The notes below the pieces were generated by a model. It was not told where the DNA came from. It ran no database searches and saw only the letters and a list, made by a program, of their open reading frames with translations. Position numbers and translations under genes: made by a program. This document shows, one piece after another, positions 11,386 to 24,547 of a DNA stretch of 64,000 nt (the stretch's first letter is position 1; each line of letters begins with the position of its first letter). The DNA is taken from the NCBI GenBank assembly GCA_038087875.1, contig JAXLNO010000575.1:124001-188000 (forward strand), read 5' to 3'. The stretch is from Malacoraja senta. Taxonomy: Eukaryota.

Positions 11386-11646
11386 TTGAGAGCTTTAATA
11401 TAACCAATGATCTGTGGTACACCAACCACATTGTTGCAACAGACAAGAATTCACACCAATACCTCTACTTCCCCAGGAGACTGACAGATGCAACACACAA
11501 AGCATGCTGTTGGGTTGCATCACAGCTTGGTTTTGGAACAGCTCTGCCCATCATACATAAATAGAACCAAGTACTAAGAATAAGGAGTAAGCCATTTAGA
11601 ACGGAGATGAGGGAACACTTTATCACACAGAGAGTTGTGACTCTGT

Positions 11647-12525
11647 GGAATTCTCTGCCTCACAGGGCGGTGGAGGCCGGTTCTCTGGATACTTTCGAGA
11701 GAGAGGTAGAATAGGGCTCTTGAAGATAGCGGATTCAGGGGATATGGGGAGAAGGCAGGAACGGGCTGCAGATTGGGGATGATCAGCCATGTTCACATTG
11801 AATGGCGGTGCTGGCTCAAAGGGCCGAATGGCCTACTCCTGCACCTATTGTCTATACGAGCACAAGAAATTGCAGAGTTGTAGATGTGGCCCAGTCCATC
11901 ACACACACAACACTCCCCACCATTGTAGATGTAGCCCAGTCCATCACACAGACCACAATCCCCACCATTGTAGATGTAGCCCAGTCCATCACACAGACCA
12001 CAATCCCCACCATTGTAGATGTGGCCCAGTCCATCACACAGACCACACTCCCCATCATTGAAGGTGTAGCCCAGTCCATCACACACACAACACTCCCCAC
12101 CATTGCAGATGTAGCCCAGTCCATCACACACACCACACTCCCCACCATTGTAGATGTGACACAGCCCATCATACAGACCACACTCCCCACAATTGTAGAT
12201 GTAGCCCAGTCCATCACACAGACCACACTCCCCACCATCGACTCCATCTACACTTCACACTGCCTCGCGAAAGCAGCCGACATCATCAAAGAAGTGTCCC
12301 TGTCCTACCCCGGTCATTCCTTCTTCTCCCCGCTCCCGTCCGGCAGAAGGTACAGAAGCTTGAAAGCGCGCACCACCAGGCTCAGGAACAGCTACTTCCC
12401 CTCTGTTATCAGGCTTCTGAAAGGTCCTTCCATAAGCTAGGGTACTGTCCGATGCACCTCTACCCCATTGCGGACATTGGACTTTGTCTGTGGAACTGAT
12501 GCGCTACAATGCTGAGAACTATATT
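11647..12525 (+). repeat. 879-bp direct repeat, left copy (CR1 3' end plus Rex1 3' end with 45-bp array)
   Basis: Repeated at 15213-16091 with a constant offset of 3566 and identical ORF translations. One mismatch seen (12516 vs 16082). Confidence 0.95.
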
Positions 12526-15181
12526 ACTCCACGATTACAGAAAATGTATACACATGCTTTTAAAGAGCAAAACTTACCAGAAACACTAGCAGAATCAACG
12601 ATTATATTAATACTTAAAAAAGATAAAAATATAGAAGAACCAGGATCATATAGAGCTATAGCTTTGTTAAATACGGATCAAAAAATAATAGCGAAAACAC
12701 TAGCCAATAGACTAAGCAGGTATGTTAGTAGACTAATAAATGAGGATCAAACAGGATTTATACCTAAGAGACATTCATTTAATAATTTGAGACGTTTGCT
12801 CAACATAATGCACTCGCATAAATCTCAGGACCAAGAGTTATCCACCATCTCATTGGACGCAGAAAAAGCGTTTGATCAAGTAGAATGGGACTATATGTTT
12901 AAAGTATTGCAAAAATTCCAATTGGGAGAGAACTTCATTGCATGGATAAAACTATTATATAACATACCTACGGCTAGAATACTAACTAATAATATATTAT
13001 CCTCGAAATTTGAACTATCAAGGGGCAATAGACAAGGATGTTCATTATCACCGCTGTTATTTGCTTTAGTAATTGAACCCCTTGCTGAAAAAATAAGAAC
13101 ACACATGGATATTTACGGTTATAATACAAAATATTCAAATAACAAAATATCCTTATATGCCGATGACGTACTATTATACATCACAAAACCACAAATTAGT
13201 ATACCAAATATATTAAATTTAATTGAGGACTTTGGATCCTTTTCAGGATATAGAATAAACTGGAACAAAAGTGAAATTATGTCGATAAAACCAAAAGACT
13301 CAACACACCTCAGGAAATTCCCTTTTAAAATAGCCATAGAAAAATTCAAATATTTGGGAATTGAAATTACTAGAAATTACCAGGATATGTTTAAAGCCAA
13401 TTATAATCCCTTACTTAAGAAATTAAATAATATGATTAAATTCTGGAAAACACTTCCGATGTCCTTAATAGGCAGAATAAATGCTATAAAAATGATTTTC
13501 TTACCACAAATCCTATACCTATTTCAATCAATACCTATATATATCCCAAAAAAGTTTTTCAAAAAATTGGACTCAGACATTACAAATTTTATATGGGATT
13601 ATAAATCCCATAGAATACAAAGAGCACACCTTAATAAATGAAAAGAGTTGGGGGGTCTAGCGCTCCCTAACTTTATGTATTATAAATGGGCAGTAAATAT
13701 TAAAAATATGATTCACCTGCTGGACAATTCTGCCCAGCAGGTGGACTGGATTATAATGGAAAAAGAGGACTGTTCCCCGAGTAATATAGGAGCGATTATT
13801 CTCTCTCCAATAAATTTGAATAATAAAAATTATAATAAAAACCCAATTATAAATAGCACAATTAGAACATGGAAACAAATAAAACAGAATCTAAAATTAA
13901 GAAACCTATCTCTCTCAACACCAATAGTTAATAACCCATCGTTTAAACCTTCAACCATAGACAAATCATTTATACAATGGGAAAGAATGGGAATCAAAAC
14001 GCTCAAAGATCTGTATGAATTGGGAAAACTACTATCATTTCAACAACTACAACTGAAATATAATCTGAAAAATAATCAATATTTTAAATATCTACAAATT
14101 TGTGATTACCTAAAAAAACACACAAAAGACTATCATAATATGCCTTCCGACTTACTAGATGAAGCAATGAAGACAAAGGCGGAATCAGCTAATCTAATAT
14201 CGTACTTATATAATATCATTTTAAACATAGAAATACCCACAACAGACGGAATTAGAAGAGACTGGGAACAAGAATTAGCTATAAAAATTTCAAAAGAGAG
14301 CTGGGATAACCATTTACTACAGGTACATAAATGTTCGATCAACGTACGACATACGCTCATCCAATTTAAAACATTACATAGACTATATTATTCAAAAACT
14401 AAATTAAATAAAATCTTTCCTAATGTTTCACCAATCTGTGATAAATGTCTATGTCAAGAAGCTACCATAGCGCATTCTTTTGTTTTTTGTACAAAAATCC
14501 AAAATTTTTGGTATGAAATATTTGATATTTTCTCAAAATTAATTAAAATAAAACTGGTACCAAAACCAGAATGGATCATTTTTGGAATATCGGAAGGTAT
14601 CCCTGAATTAAATGTGTACCAGAAGAGCTTATTCAATTATGGGCTAATAATGGGTAAAAGGCTCATACTTAAATTCTGGAAAAATGCGCCCACACCAACA
14701 ATAAAAATGTGGACATCAAATATGTTGGAAACATTACATCTGGAAGAGATGAGATTCCTCTTAGCAGGGAAAGCAGACCAATTCCAAAAGACGTGGTCTA
14801 CGTTTTTGGACCTATTACAAGCATGAGGTGCAATAGTAATTTAAAAAATAAATAAATAAAGAATGGTATCAGGACCTGGTAATGGGAGGTAAAACAATAA
14901 AAACAGACTTGGTCGGTGGTTCCCTTTCTGCGATTGTTCCTACTTTCTTTTTCTTTCTTTTCTAGGATCTGCTTTCTTACTTTACTTCCTTCTCTAACTT
15001 CTTTTCTAAGGGGCTTTCTTTTCACAACACTCTTTTGCACTTCACGACTCTTGCGCACTTTCTTTACTTTTCTTACTTCTATCTTTCTCTTAAAGCTAAA
15101 AAAAAAAATGAAGCGGTATAAAAAATGTACTAAGATATAAGTGTTGTGTATTACTGTAAATTACCGTACTTCTAATAAAAA

Positions 15182-15212
<31 letters not shown>
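12526..15212 (+). mobile_element. L1 LINE, 5'-truncated (RT and C-terminal Cys-rich domain, 3' UTR, polyA)
   Basis: SYRAIALLNTDQKI, SLDAEKAFDQV, RQGCSLSPLLF, LYADD and CDKC...HSFVFC. Single in-frame TGA at 13639-13641, stop at 14826, AATAAA and polyA at 15188-15212. Confidence 0.95.
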
Positions 15213-16091
15213 GGAATTCTCTGCCTCACAGGGCGGTGGAGGCCGGTTCTCTGGATACTTTCGAGAGAGAGGTAGAATAGGGCTCTTGAAGATAGCGGAT
15301 TCAGGGGATATGGGGAGAAGGCAGGAACGGGCTGCAGATTGGGGATGATCAGCCATGTTCACATTGAATGGCGGTGCTGGCTCAAAGGGCCGAATGGCCT
15401 ACTCCTGCACCTATTGTCTATACGAGCACAAGAAATTGCAGAGTTGTAGATGTGGCCCAGTCCATCACACACACAACACTCCCCACCATTGTAGATGTAG
15501 CCCAGTCCATCACACAGACCACAATCCCCACCATTGTAGATGTAGCCCAGTCCATCACACAGACCACAATCCCCACCATTGTAGATGTGGCCCAGTCCAT
15601 CACACAGACCACACTCCCCATCATTGAAGGTGTAGCCCAGTCCATCACACACACAACACTCCCCACCATTGCAGATGTAGCCCAGTCCATCACACACACC
15701 ACACTCCCCACCATTGTAGATGTGACACAGCCCATCATACAGACCACACTCCCCACAATTGTAGATGTAGCCCAGTCCATCACACAGACCACACTCCCCA
15801 CCATCGACTCCATCTACACTTCACACTGCCTCGCGAAAGCAGCCGACATCATCAAAGAAGTGTCCCTGTCCTACCCCGGTCATTCCTTCTTCTCCCCGCT
15901 CCCGTCCGGCAGAAGGTACAGAAGCTTGAAAGCGCGCACCACCAGGCTCAGGAACAGCTACTTCCCCTCTGTTATCAGGCTTCTGAAAGGTCCTTCCATA
16001 AGCTAGGGTACTGTCCGATGCACCTCTACCCCATTGCGGACATTGGACTTTGTCTGTGGAACTGATGCGCTACAATGCTGAAAACTATATT
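15213..16091 (+). repeat. 879-bp direct repeat, right copy
   Basis: Starts immediately after the L1 polyA and matches 11647-12525. Confidence 0.95.
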
Positions 16092-16626
16092 CTGCACTCT
16101 GTATCTTTTCCTTTGCTCTACCTATTGGACTTGAGTTTGACGATTGTATTTATGTCCAGTATTATCTGGTCTGTTTGGGTCGCTGCAGAACAAAGCTTAT
16201 TGTTTTAATAATAACCCTATTTTAAATCTTTTTTTTTTTTTTTTTTTTAATTTATATTTTATTAGAAGTACATTACATTACAACCACATACATTAGTACT
16301 TGTCATTTATATCTTCTTACAATTAATGTACTCCATTTATTTTTTACACTAGAAAAGGAAAAGATTGAAAGAAAGAAGAAAGTGAAGGAAAAAGTGGAAG
16401 TGTAGGAAATGTGACAACAAAAAAGGACGAAGACCCTATAAGAGCAAAATTAAAAACAAAAGAAAAAGAGTTAAGAAATAGACCCTAGGAAAAAAAGAAA
16501 GAGAGAAAGAGGAAAAAGAGAGAAACAAATATTTTTATGAGCATTACGCAAATTGGACATACCAACTCTTCAACTATCATCCCCCCTTACCTGACCTCAA
16601 TTTTTTTTTTAAAGTACTGTTGCACC

Positions 16627-19600
16627 TTATGTTTGTAATAATTCTATAAATGCAGACCACGTCAGGTGGAAATGATCTGGTTTACCTGCTAGGAGGAGTC
16701 TTATCTCTTCTAGGTGTAATGTTTCAAACATATTTGAAATCCACATATTTATAGTTGGTATTGGAGCCTTCTTCCAAAATTTTAGAATTAGCTTTTTTCC
16801 AGTTATTAACCCATAGTCCATTAGTTTCTTTTGAAACACATTTAGTTCTGGACCATCTTCCGTTATACCGAAGATAATCCATTCTGCTTTGGGTATCAGT
16901 CTTGTTTTAAATAACTTTGTAAAGATTTCAAAAATTTCATTCCAAAATTTTTGAATTTTTGTACAAGAAACGAATGAGTGCGTTATGGTAGCTTCTTGGG
17001 ATTGACATTTATCACAAATAGATGATACATTTGGGAAAATTTTATGAATTTTAGTTTTCGAATAATATAATCTATGTAAAATTTTAAATTGTATTAAAGT
17101 GTGTCTTACATTAATCGAGCATTTATGCACGTTTAATAAGTATTCATTCCAACTTTCCTTTGAAATTTTAATAGCTATTTTAATTTTCCCAGTCTCTTCT
17201 GATACCCTCCGTAGATGGTATTTGTGCATTTAAGATAATATTATACAAATATGATATTAAGTTTGCTGATTCTGCTTTTATCTGCATTGCCTCGTCCAGT
17301 ACATCTGCTGGGTTATTATGATGATCTTTTGTATATTTTTTCAAATAGTCGCATATATGAAAATATTTAAAATATTGATTATTTGCGAGTTTATATTTTA
17401 TTTGTAATTGTTGAAATGAAAGTAATTTTCCAGTTTCATACAAGTCACCAAGCATTTTAATTCCTAATCTATCCCATTGTGTATAAGCTTTATCTATAAT
17501 AGAAGGATTAAACGAAGGGTTATTGACTATAGGTAATAAAAGTGATAAATTTCTTAATTTTAAATTTTGTTTTATTTGTTTCCAAATTCGGATTGTACTA
17601 TGAATAATTGGGTTCTTATTATAATTTATGTTATTCAATTTCATTGGAGAGAGGAGGATCGCTCCAATGTTTCTAGAGGAGCAATGCTCTTTCTCCATTA
17701 CAATCCAGTCCGCTTGCTGGGCGGAGTTATCCATCAGTTGAATCATATTTTTAATATTTACTGACCAATAATAATACATAAAATTAGGTAGTGCTAAACC
17801 CCCTAATACTTTAGGTTTATTCAGATGAGTTTTTTGTATTCTATGTGATTTATAGTCCCATATAAAATTAGTGATATCTGAGTCGAGTTTTTTTTTAAAC
17901 TTCTTTGGTAAGTATATAGGAATTGATTGAAATAGGTATAAAATTTGTGGTAAAAAGATCATTTTTATTGCGTTTATTCGGCCTATTAAAGACATCGGGA
18001 GCGTTTTCCAGAATTTAATTAGTGTGTTTAATTTATTAAGTAAGGGGTCAAAATTTGCCCTAAACATACCTTGATATGATCTGGTAATTTCGATTCCCAA
18101 ATATTTAAATTTTTCTGTAGCTATTTTAAAATGGAATTTTAAAAGATGTGATGAATCTTTCGGTTTTATTGACATAATTTCACTTTTATTCCAATTTATT
18201 CTATATCCAGAAAAAAATCCAAAATCTTCAATTAAATTTAATATATTTGGTATAGTGATTTGAGGTTTTGTAATGTACAGTAATATATCATCCGCGTATA
18301 AAGATATTTTATTATATGAATCTTTAGTATTATATCCATGGATATCAGGGTGTATTCTAATTTTTTCTGCTAGCGGTTCAATAATGAGAGCAAACAGTTG
18401 TGGTGATAATGAGCATCCTTGTCTATTTCCCCTTGATAGTAGGAATTTCAAGGATAATATGTTATTAGTTAGTATTCTAGCTGTAGGTTTGTTATATAGT
18501 AACTTGATCCATGGAATAAAATTCTCCCCCAGTTGAAATTTTTGTAATACTTTGTCCATATAATTCCATTCTACTTGATCAAATGCTTTTTCAGCATCCA
18601 GCGAAATAATTGATAATTCTTGATCTTCAGATTTGTGTGAATGCATTATGTTGAGTAGACGTCTCATATTGTTAGATGAGTATCTCTTAGGGATAAACCC
18701 CGTCTGATCTGGGTTTATTAATTTACTAATGTATTTACTTAATCTTCTAGCTAATGTTTTCGCTAATATTTTTTGATCTGTGTTTAACAATGCTATAGCT
18801 CTATATGAACCAGGTTCTTCTAAGTCTTTATTTTTCTTAGGTATTAATGTAATCGTTGATTCCGCTAATGTATCAGGTAGTATTCGTTTTTTAAAAGCAT
18901 ATTGGTACATTTTTTGTAATCTTGGTATTATTTTATCGTAAAAGCTTTTATAAAATTCATTAGTAAATCCGTCAGGGCCTGGTGTTTTTCCATTCTTTAG
19001 TGAGTTTATTGTATCTTCTAATTCCTTAATTGAGATTTGTGCACCCAGTTCCTCTTGTTCCTTCAATTCTAACTTTGGAAGGTTACAGGTATCCAAGAAC
19101 TTTGTGATATTATTGGAATCACTTGTTGTTTTAGATGTATACAAATTCTCATAAAATTGCGCAAATCTATTATTAATATCCTTTGGTGTTGTTAATAATT
19201 CCCCTTTATCTGATTTGATCTTTGATATAGTATGTTCCTTTTCTCGTTTTTTTTAGCTGGCGAGCCAAAAGTTTATGCGGTTTATCCCCAAATTCAAAGT
19301 GCTCTTGTTTTGTAATTTGAAAAAGTCTTATAAGTTTGGCAGATAATAATTTATTTAATTTAAATTTCAAAATTATTATTTTATTATGTTTATCTATTGA
19401 TGGATCTTTAGCATTATCTATATCCATTTGTCTAATAAGTTCTTCTAACTGTCTTTGTTCATTCTTATTCTTTTTATTTTGAAAAGCTTGATATGAAATT
19501 ATAATACCCCTAATGTATGCTTTAAAAGATTCCCATAGTACAGTAGGCGATATATCTGGAGTATCATTTATTTGAAAAAAGACCTCCATTTGTTCTTTTA

Positions 19601-20420
19601 AATATATACTCGCTTGTGGATCTTTTAGAATTTGAGAATTAAATCTCCAAAACGATTTATTCTTAGACAATCCTTCCAGTTTTAAAAAGAAAGTTAGTGG
19701 AGAATGGTCTGAAATCGAGTTTGTGTGGTATATTGCATTAGATGTTTGGGGGATTAATTTTGTATCCAGCAGAAAGTAGTCTATACGTGAGTATGTCTTA
19801 TGTACCATTGAGTAAAACGAGTATTCCCTGCCAGTTGGATTAACAATTCTCCAAACATCTGCTATATTAGTGTTGTTTATATAGGTATTGAGAAGCTCCC
19901 CAGTTTTCGATTTCATATTCCCTCTCTGTTTTTTACTTGATTTATCTAAGTACGGATCTAAAACACAGTTAAAGTCTCCTCCTATTATAACATTTTGATA
20001 GTTTGACTCTGCAATTATGTTGAAAATTTTATTGAAAAAGTGGGGGTTATCAAAGTTAGGGGCATATACATTTACCAAAGTAAGTGGAGTATCATGGATT
20101 TCTCCATTAACTATTAGGTATCTCCCTTCTATATCTGTTATAATATTCTTTGCTTTAAATGGTATACCTTTTCTTATGATGATTGACGTGCCTCTAGATT
20201 TTGAAGTAAATGAAGAGTGGTATGTTTGACCTATCCATTTCGCCCTCAACCTAACTTGATCCTGAGATTTTAGGTGTGTTTCTTGTAGGAAGATAATGTC
20301 GGAGTTGTACAATTTCAGCTGAGCTAGTATCTTACCCCTTTTAATAGGTTCGTTAATAACTCTTATATTCCAACTACAAAATGAGATTCCTCCTAGGTTC
20401 TTTTGTATGGTGTCATGCAT
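16627..20420 (-). pseudogene. L1 ORF2 (APE endonuclease, RT, Cys-rich domain) with two frameshifts
   Basis: SWNIR, FLQETH, NVYAPN, GGDFN, YSRIDY and SDHSP; KTPGPDGFTNEFYK and LYADD. Frame changes near 19250 (T run) and 17185. Confidence 0.92.
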
Positions 20421-21246
20421 TTTGAATAATTATAGTACCTTTAAATCTTGTGGTGCGTCCAAATCCCAGGTCTTTAGGTATTGGGGGAGCTTTTGAGTTT
20501 TTAAGTTTTGCTGTTATGTCCATTTTACACTTGTCACTAAGCACAAAACACAAACAAGTGATTTTATGTGATAAAAAAAACCCTATAAAAATGAAGATAC
20601 AGTGTCTAATATAGTCGGCACTGTAGCGAGTGTCCCACCTGTAGGTGGGAAAAAACCTTGTTTTGACTTCCATTGCGTTGTTACACAAATAGCTCCGCTC
20701 TCTTGGTTAATCATAACATATTATAATATTAAAACGGGGCCTCAGATTCAGATATATAATACACTTTTACCTTGTGTATTTCATTGTAACATATATATAT
20801 ATCGGAATTTTAACTACTGATTATTAAACCAATACTTTTGACTTCAATAAGAATCAACTGCTGGTTGAAGGGGTTAACGAGACGTGCCCCTGGACCTAAG
20901 CCAGTTGCTCGTTTCTCATCCCCTCCTCCTACTTATAGATAAGGTTTCAGTTTATTAAAAATTCATATTAGTAAGTTAGTTCGTTATTTTTTATTTTTGT
21001 TTTTATTAGTATTCTAATCTAACATGCATAATTTATTAAGTTGTTAATAGGATAAGTTCTTACAATTGGTTATAATATTATATTCTAATAAGCAATTATA
21101 TGCTTTCTGGTATAAACCATTGCCATCTGGTCAGTTGTTTACTCGTTTTGAACAGAAAGTGTCCTTGATTCAACATTCCGAAGATAACAGTGTAACTATC
21201 CCCAGACAAAGCATTGCTTAAAATGGTTCAGATCTCCCTTTCCTTT

Positions 21247-22395
21247 CTATTTTTCAACGATAGTTTGAGCATATTTAAACGCTTCTTCAGGCTTAACAAA
21301 TGACTTTTCAAGACCCTTAAAGGAAATATGCATTTTCGCGGGATAAAAAATCCCAAATCTGATCCCTTCTCTCCCTCTTAAAAGATCTTTAACCTTCTCA
21401 AATTTGTTTCTTTTTTGCACAATTTCATACGGGTAGTCCCTGAATATCTTAATAGTATCATTGTCCAGCCGCAATTGCACACCGTATTTGATTTTACTCA
21501 TAACATCTTCCAGTTCTAAAATGTCCCGAAATTTCACAATAATATGTCGTGGATAAGTTTTTCCCACACCAAATCTTTGTTTAAATCTTGGGACACAATG
21601 AGCCACTTTGATTTTCGGTTCTTTGGAAAGATTCAGCAGTTGTTTAAGCAAGCCCATGGCAAACTCACGTACGTCCTCCCCTTCGGCTCCCTCTGAAACT
21701 CCAAGAATTCTCAAATTCTGGCGTCTAGAGCGAGCTTCCAGGTCCAGGCATTTGACTGAGACTTTCTCCAGTTGAGTCACCATCTGTAGTGAAGTTTGTT
21801 CGTTTTCTCGCCTCATTTGCTCATGTTCTTGCCTCATTTTCGCCATGTCTTCAACCATTCGAGCCATGTTTTTCTCCAATTCCGTAATTGTGTGCATACT
21901 TGCAGCTACTGTTTCAAGCACAGCCGTGAACTTATCCGTATTAGTTTGATCCATCTTGTCCATTCTCTCTGATAGTCCATCTTTCACCTCATCAATTCGT
22001 TTATTCATAATGTCCAGTGAATCAATCATATTCTTCTGGTTACCAGCATTTAATTCCCTCATCATCTTCTCCATTCCTTCCATCATTATTGTCATATTTT
22101 CCTTCATTTCCTTCTTATCTTCCTTCCTATTTTCCTTCATTTCCTTTTTATCTTCCTTCATATTTTTCCTCATATTTTCCATCATAATTTTATTTTCGTC
22201 CAAAATCTCATCTTTCATATTTTCCACTGATTTCTTCCAGTCATCAAACTCTTTCTTAGATCTTGTATCCATTTCTGCAGCCACTTCAGAGACTTCAGAG
22301 ACTTCAGAGGTAACTTCTGCTTCAGACTTCTTCTGGTCTTTCAGCAGCTTTTTCACTGCTCTCTGAGGGCTCACAGCTGGAGACAGTTTACTCAT
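21247..22395 (-). CDS. L1 ORF1p (coiled coil, RRM, CTD)
   Basis: Intact 382-aa frame with a coiled-coil N-half, DLEARSRRQNLRILGVSEG, IFRDYP and FYPAKM. Confidence 0.9.
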   Translation of the reverse strand: MSKLSPAVSPQRAVKKLLKDQKKSEAEVTSEVSEVSEVAAEMDTRSKKEFDDWKKSVENMKDEILDENKIMMENMRKNMKEDKKEMKENRKEDKKEMKENMTIMMEGMEKMMRELNAGNQKNMIDSLDIMNKRIDEVKDGLSERMDKMDQTNTDKFTAVLETVAASMHTITELEKNMARMVEDMAKMRQEHEQMRRENEQTSLQMVTQLEKVSVKCLDLEARSRRQNLRILGVSEGAEGEDVREFAMGLLKQLLNLSKEPKIKVAHCVPRFKQRFGVGKTYPRHIIVKFRDILELEDVMSKIKYGVQLRLDNDTIKIFRDYPYEIVQKRNKFEKVKDLLRGREGIRFGIFYPAKMHISFKGLEKSFVKPEEAFKYAQTIVEK

Positions 22396-22634
22396 TTAAA
22401 GGGCTTCAAACCACCGTTTAAAACATCGCGCTTAGTGATGAGGTCATCAGCGTGGCGACCAGAAGCTCCGGTAAGGTTTTTAAAAACAATCCCGATTTTT
22501 GGACCCGTTTTACACGATAAATCGTGAAATTTTTCGGGAGAGGAGCTAGGTGCACGTCTGTTAGTCCAACATGGCGCCATCTGAGACTGGGAGATTTAAC
22601 AAAGTAAATGATGTTGGGAGAGGGATCTAGAGTT

Positions 22635-23235
22635 TCACAGAACATAGAACAGTCCAGCACAGGAACAGGCCCTTCGGCCCACAATGTCCGTGCCGTACAT
22701 GATGCCAAGACCAACACCCCTCTGCCTGCACGTGATCCGTATCCCTCCATTCTCTGCATATCCATGTGCCTATCCAAAAGCCTCTTAAACACCACTATTG
22801 TATCTGCCTCCACCCCCACCCCTGGCAGCGCGTTCCAGGCACCCACCACCCTCTTGGACATCTCCACCCTGGGGAAAAGGTTCTGACTGTCTACCCTATC
22901 TACGCCTCTCATCATTTTATAAACGTCTATCAGGTCTCCCCTCAACCTGTGACGTTGCAGAGAAAACAATGCAAGTCTGTCCAACCTCCCCCTGTAGCTG
23001 AAACCCTCTAATCCCGGCATCGTTCTGGTAAACGTCCTCTGCACCGTCTCCAAAGCCCCCACATCCTTCCTGTAATGGGGGCGACCAGAACTGCACGCAA
23101 TACTCCAAATGTGGCCTGACCCAAGCTCGTCCTATAAAGCTGCATGGTGACTTCCTGACTCTTGTACTCGACGCCCCGACCGATGAAGGCAAGCGTAACG
23201 TACGCCTTCTTCACCGCCCGCTCTGTCCACTTGTG
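22635..23235 (-). mobile_element. CR1 LINE 3' fragment
   Basis: RPHLEYCVQFWSP, ETVQRTFTRTMPGL and RLRGDLIDVYKM. Confidence 0.85.
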
Positions 23236-23261
23236 TTGCTGCCTGACCCTAGTACCCCTTA

Positions 23262-23436
23262 GATAAACACAAAATGCTGGAGTAACTCAGCGGGACAGGC
23301 AGCGTCTCTGGAGAGAAGGAATGGGTGACAATTCGGGTCAAGACCCTTCTTCAGACTAAACCCCAAATGTCACCCATTCTTTCTCTCCAGATATGCTGCC
23401 TGTCCCGCTGAGTTACTCCAGCATTTTGTGTCTATC
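23262..23436. repeat. Fold-back of a Penelope-derived terminal sequence
   Basis: GCTGGAGTAACTCAGCGGGACAGGCAGC...GGGTGAC is followed by its reverse complement. The same structure occurs at 45135-45320 and 58218-58350. Confidence 0.8.
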
Positions 23437-24044
23437 TTCGGTGTAAACCGGCAACCAGCAGAGAGGAGAATCTGTGGATTTCTTGGCCACAGACGGCTGT
23501 GGATGCCAAGTCTATAGATATATTTAAGGCAGAGATAGATAGGTTCTTGATTAGTACGGGTGTCAGGGGTTATGGGGAGAAGGCAGGAGAATGGGGTTAA
23601 GAGGGAGAGATAGATCAGCCATGATTGAATGGCGGAGTAGACTTGATGGGCCGAATGGCCTAATTCTGCTCCTATCAATTATGAACATAAACTTTTATGG
23701 ACATAAACTTATCTGCAGTTTCTTCCTAGAGTCATAGAGTGATACAACGTGGAAACAGGCCCTTCGGCCCATCTTGCACACACTGGCCAACATGTCCCAT
23801 CTATAACTAGCATTTGGCCCATATCCCTCTAAACCTGTCCTATCCATGTACCTGTCTGATGTTTCTTAAACGTTGCAAATGGTTCTACTATGAATCCAAG
23901 TTAACCCGACATCGAAATGTCAGAGATGTGGTTGGGTTAACGCCAGCTCATTATCAATCAGCTTTTTTAGTCCCGACAGTGTCACCCACTGCTTCAGATC
24001 AAGAGCAACAAGCCCATCTCCTTCTATTACCCTGCCTCAGTGGT

Positions 24045-24533
24045 AATATTCTTGCTATTGAGGGAGTGCAGCGTAAGTTCACAAGGTTCATTCCCGGGAT
24101 GGCGGGACTGTCATATACTGAGAGAATGGAGTGGCTGGGCTTGTACACTCTGGAGTTTAGAAGGATGAGAGGCTATCATTGAAACATATAAGACTATTAG
24201 GGGTTTGAACACGCTAGAGGCAGGAGACATCTTCCCGATGTTGGGGGAGTCCAGAACTAGGAGCCACAGTTTAAGAATATGGGGTAAGCCATTTAGAACG
24301 GAGATGAGGAAACATTTTTTCTCACAGAGAGTTGTGAGTCTGTGGAATTCTCTGCCTCGGAGCGCGGTGGAGGCCGGTTCTCTGGATACTTTCGAGAGAG
24401 AGTAGGGCTCTTGAAGATTGCGGAGTCAGGGTATATGGGGAGAAGGTACTGATTGGGGATGATCAGCCATGATCACATTGAATGGCGGTGCTGGCACGAA
24501 GGGCCGAATGGCCTACTCCTGCACCTATTGTCT
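24045..24533 (+). mobile_element. CR1 LINE 3' fragment
   Basis: ILAIEGVQRKFTRFIPGM and QRVVSLWNSLP, plus the 3' UTR. Confidence 0.85.
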
Positions 24534-24547
24534 CAGTGTGTTCCCAT

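Larger units (their letters stand above)
16229..22590 (-). mobile_element. Full-length L1 LINE
   Basis: 5' UTR starting near AGATGGCGCC, ORF1, an ~830-bp inter-ORF spacer, ORF2, 3' UTR and polyA (T run 16229-16248). No target-site duplication found. Confidence 0.95.

Noticed and set aside
11789..12440. Repetitive ORFs duplicated at 15355-16006
   Set aside because: The same Rex1-derived array inside the 879-bp duplication, not a host gene.
22585..22600. Possible TSD of the full-length L1 (GAGATTTAA versus TTAAATC)
   Set aside because: The match is inverted rather than direct, so it is not a TSD.
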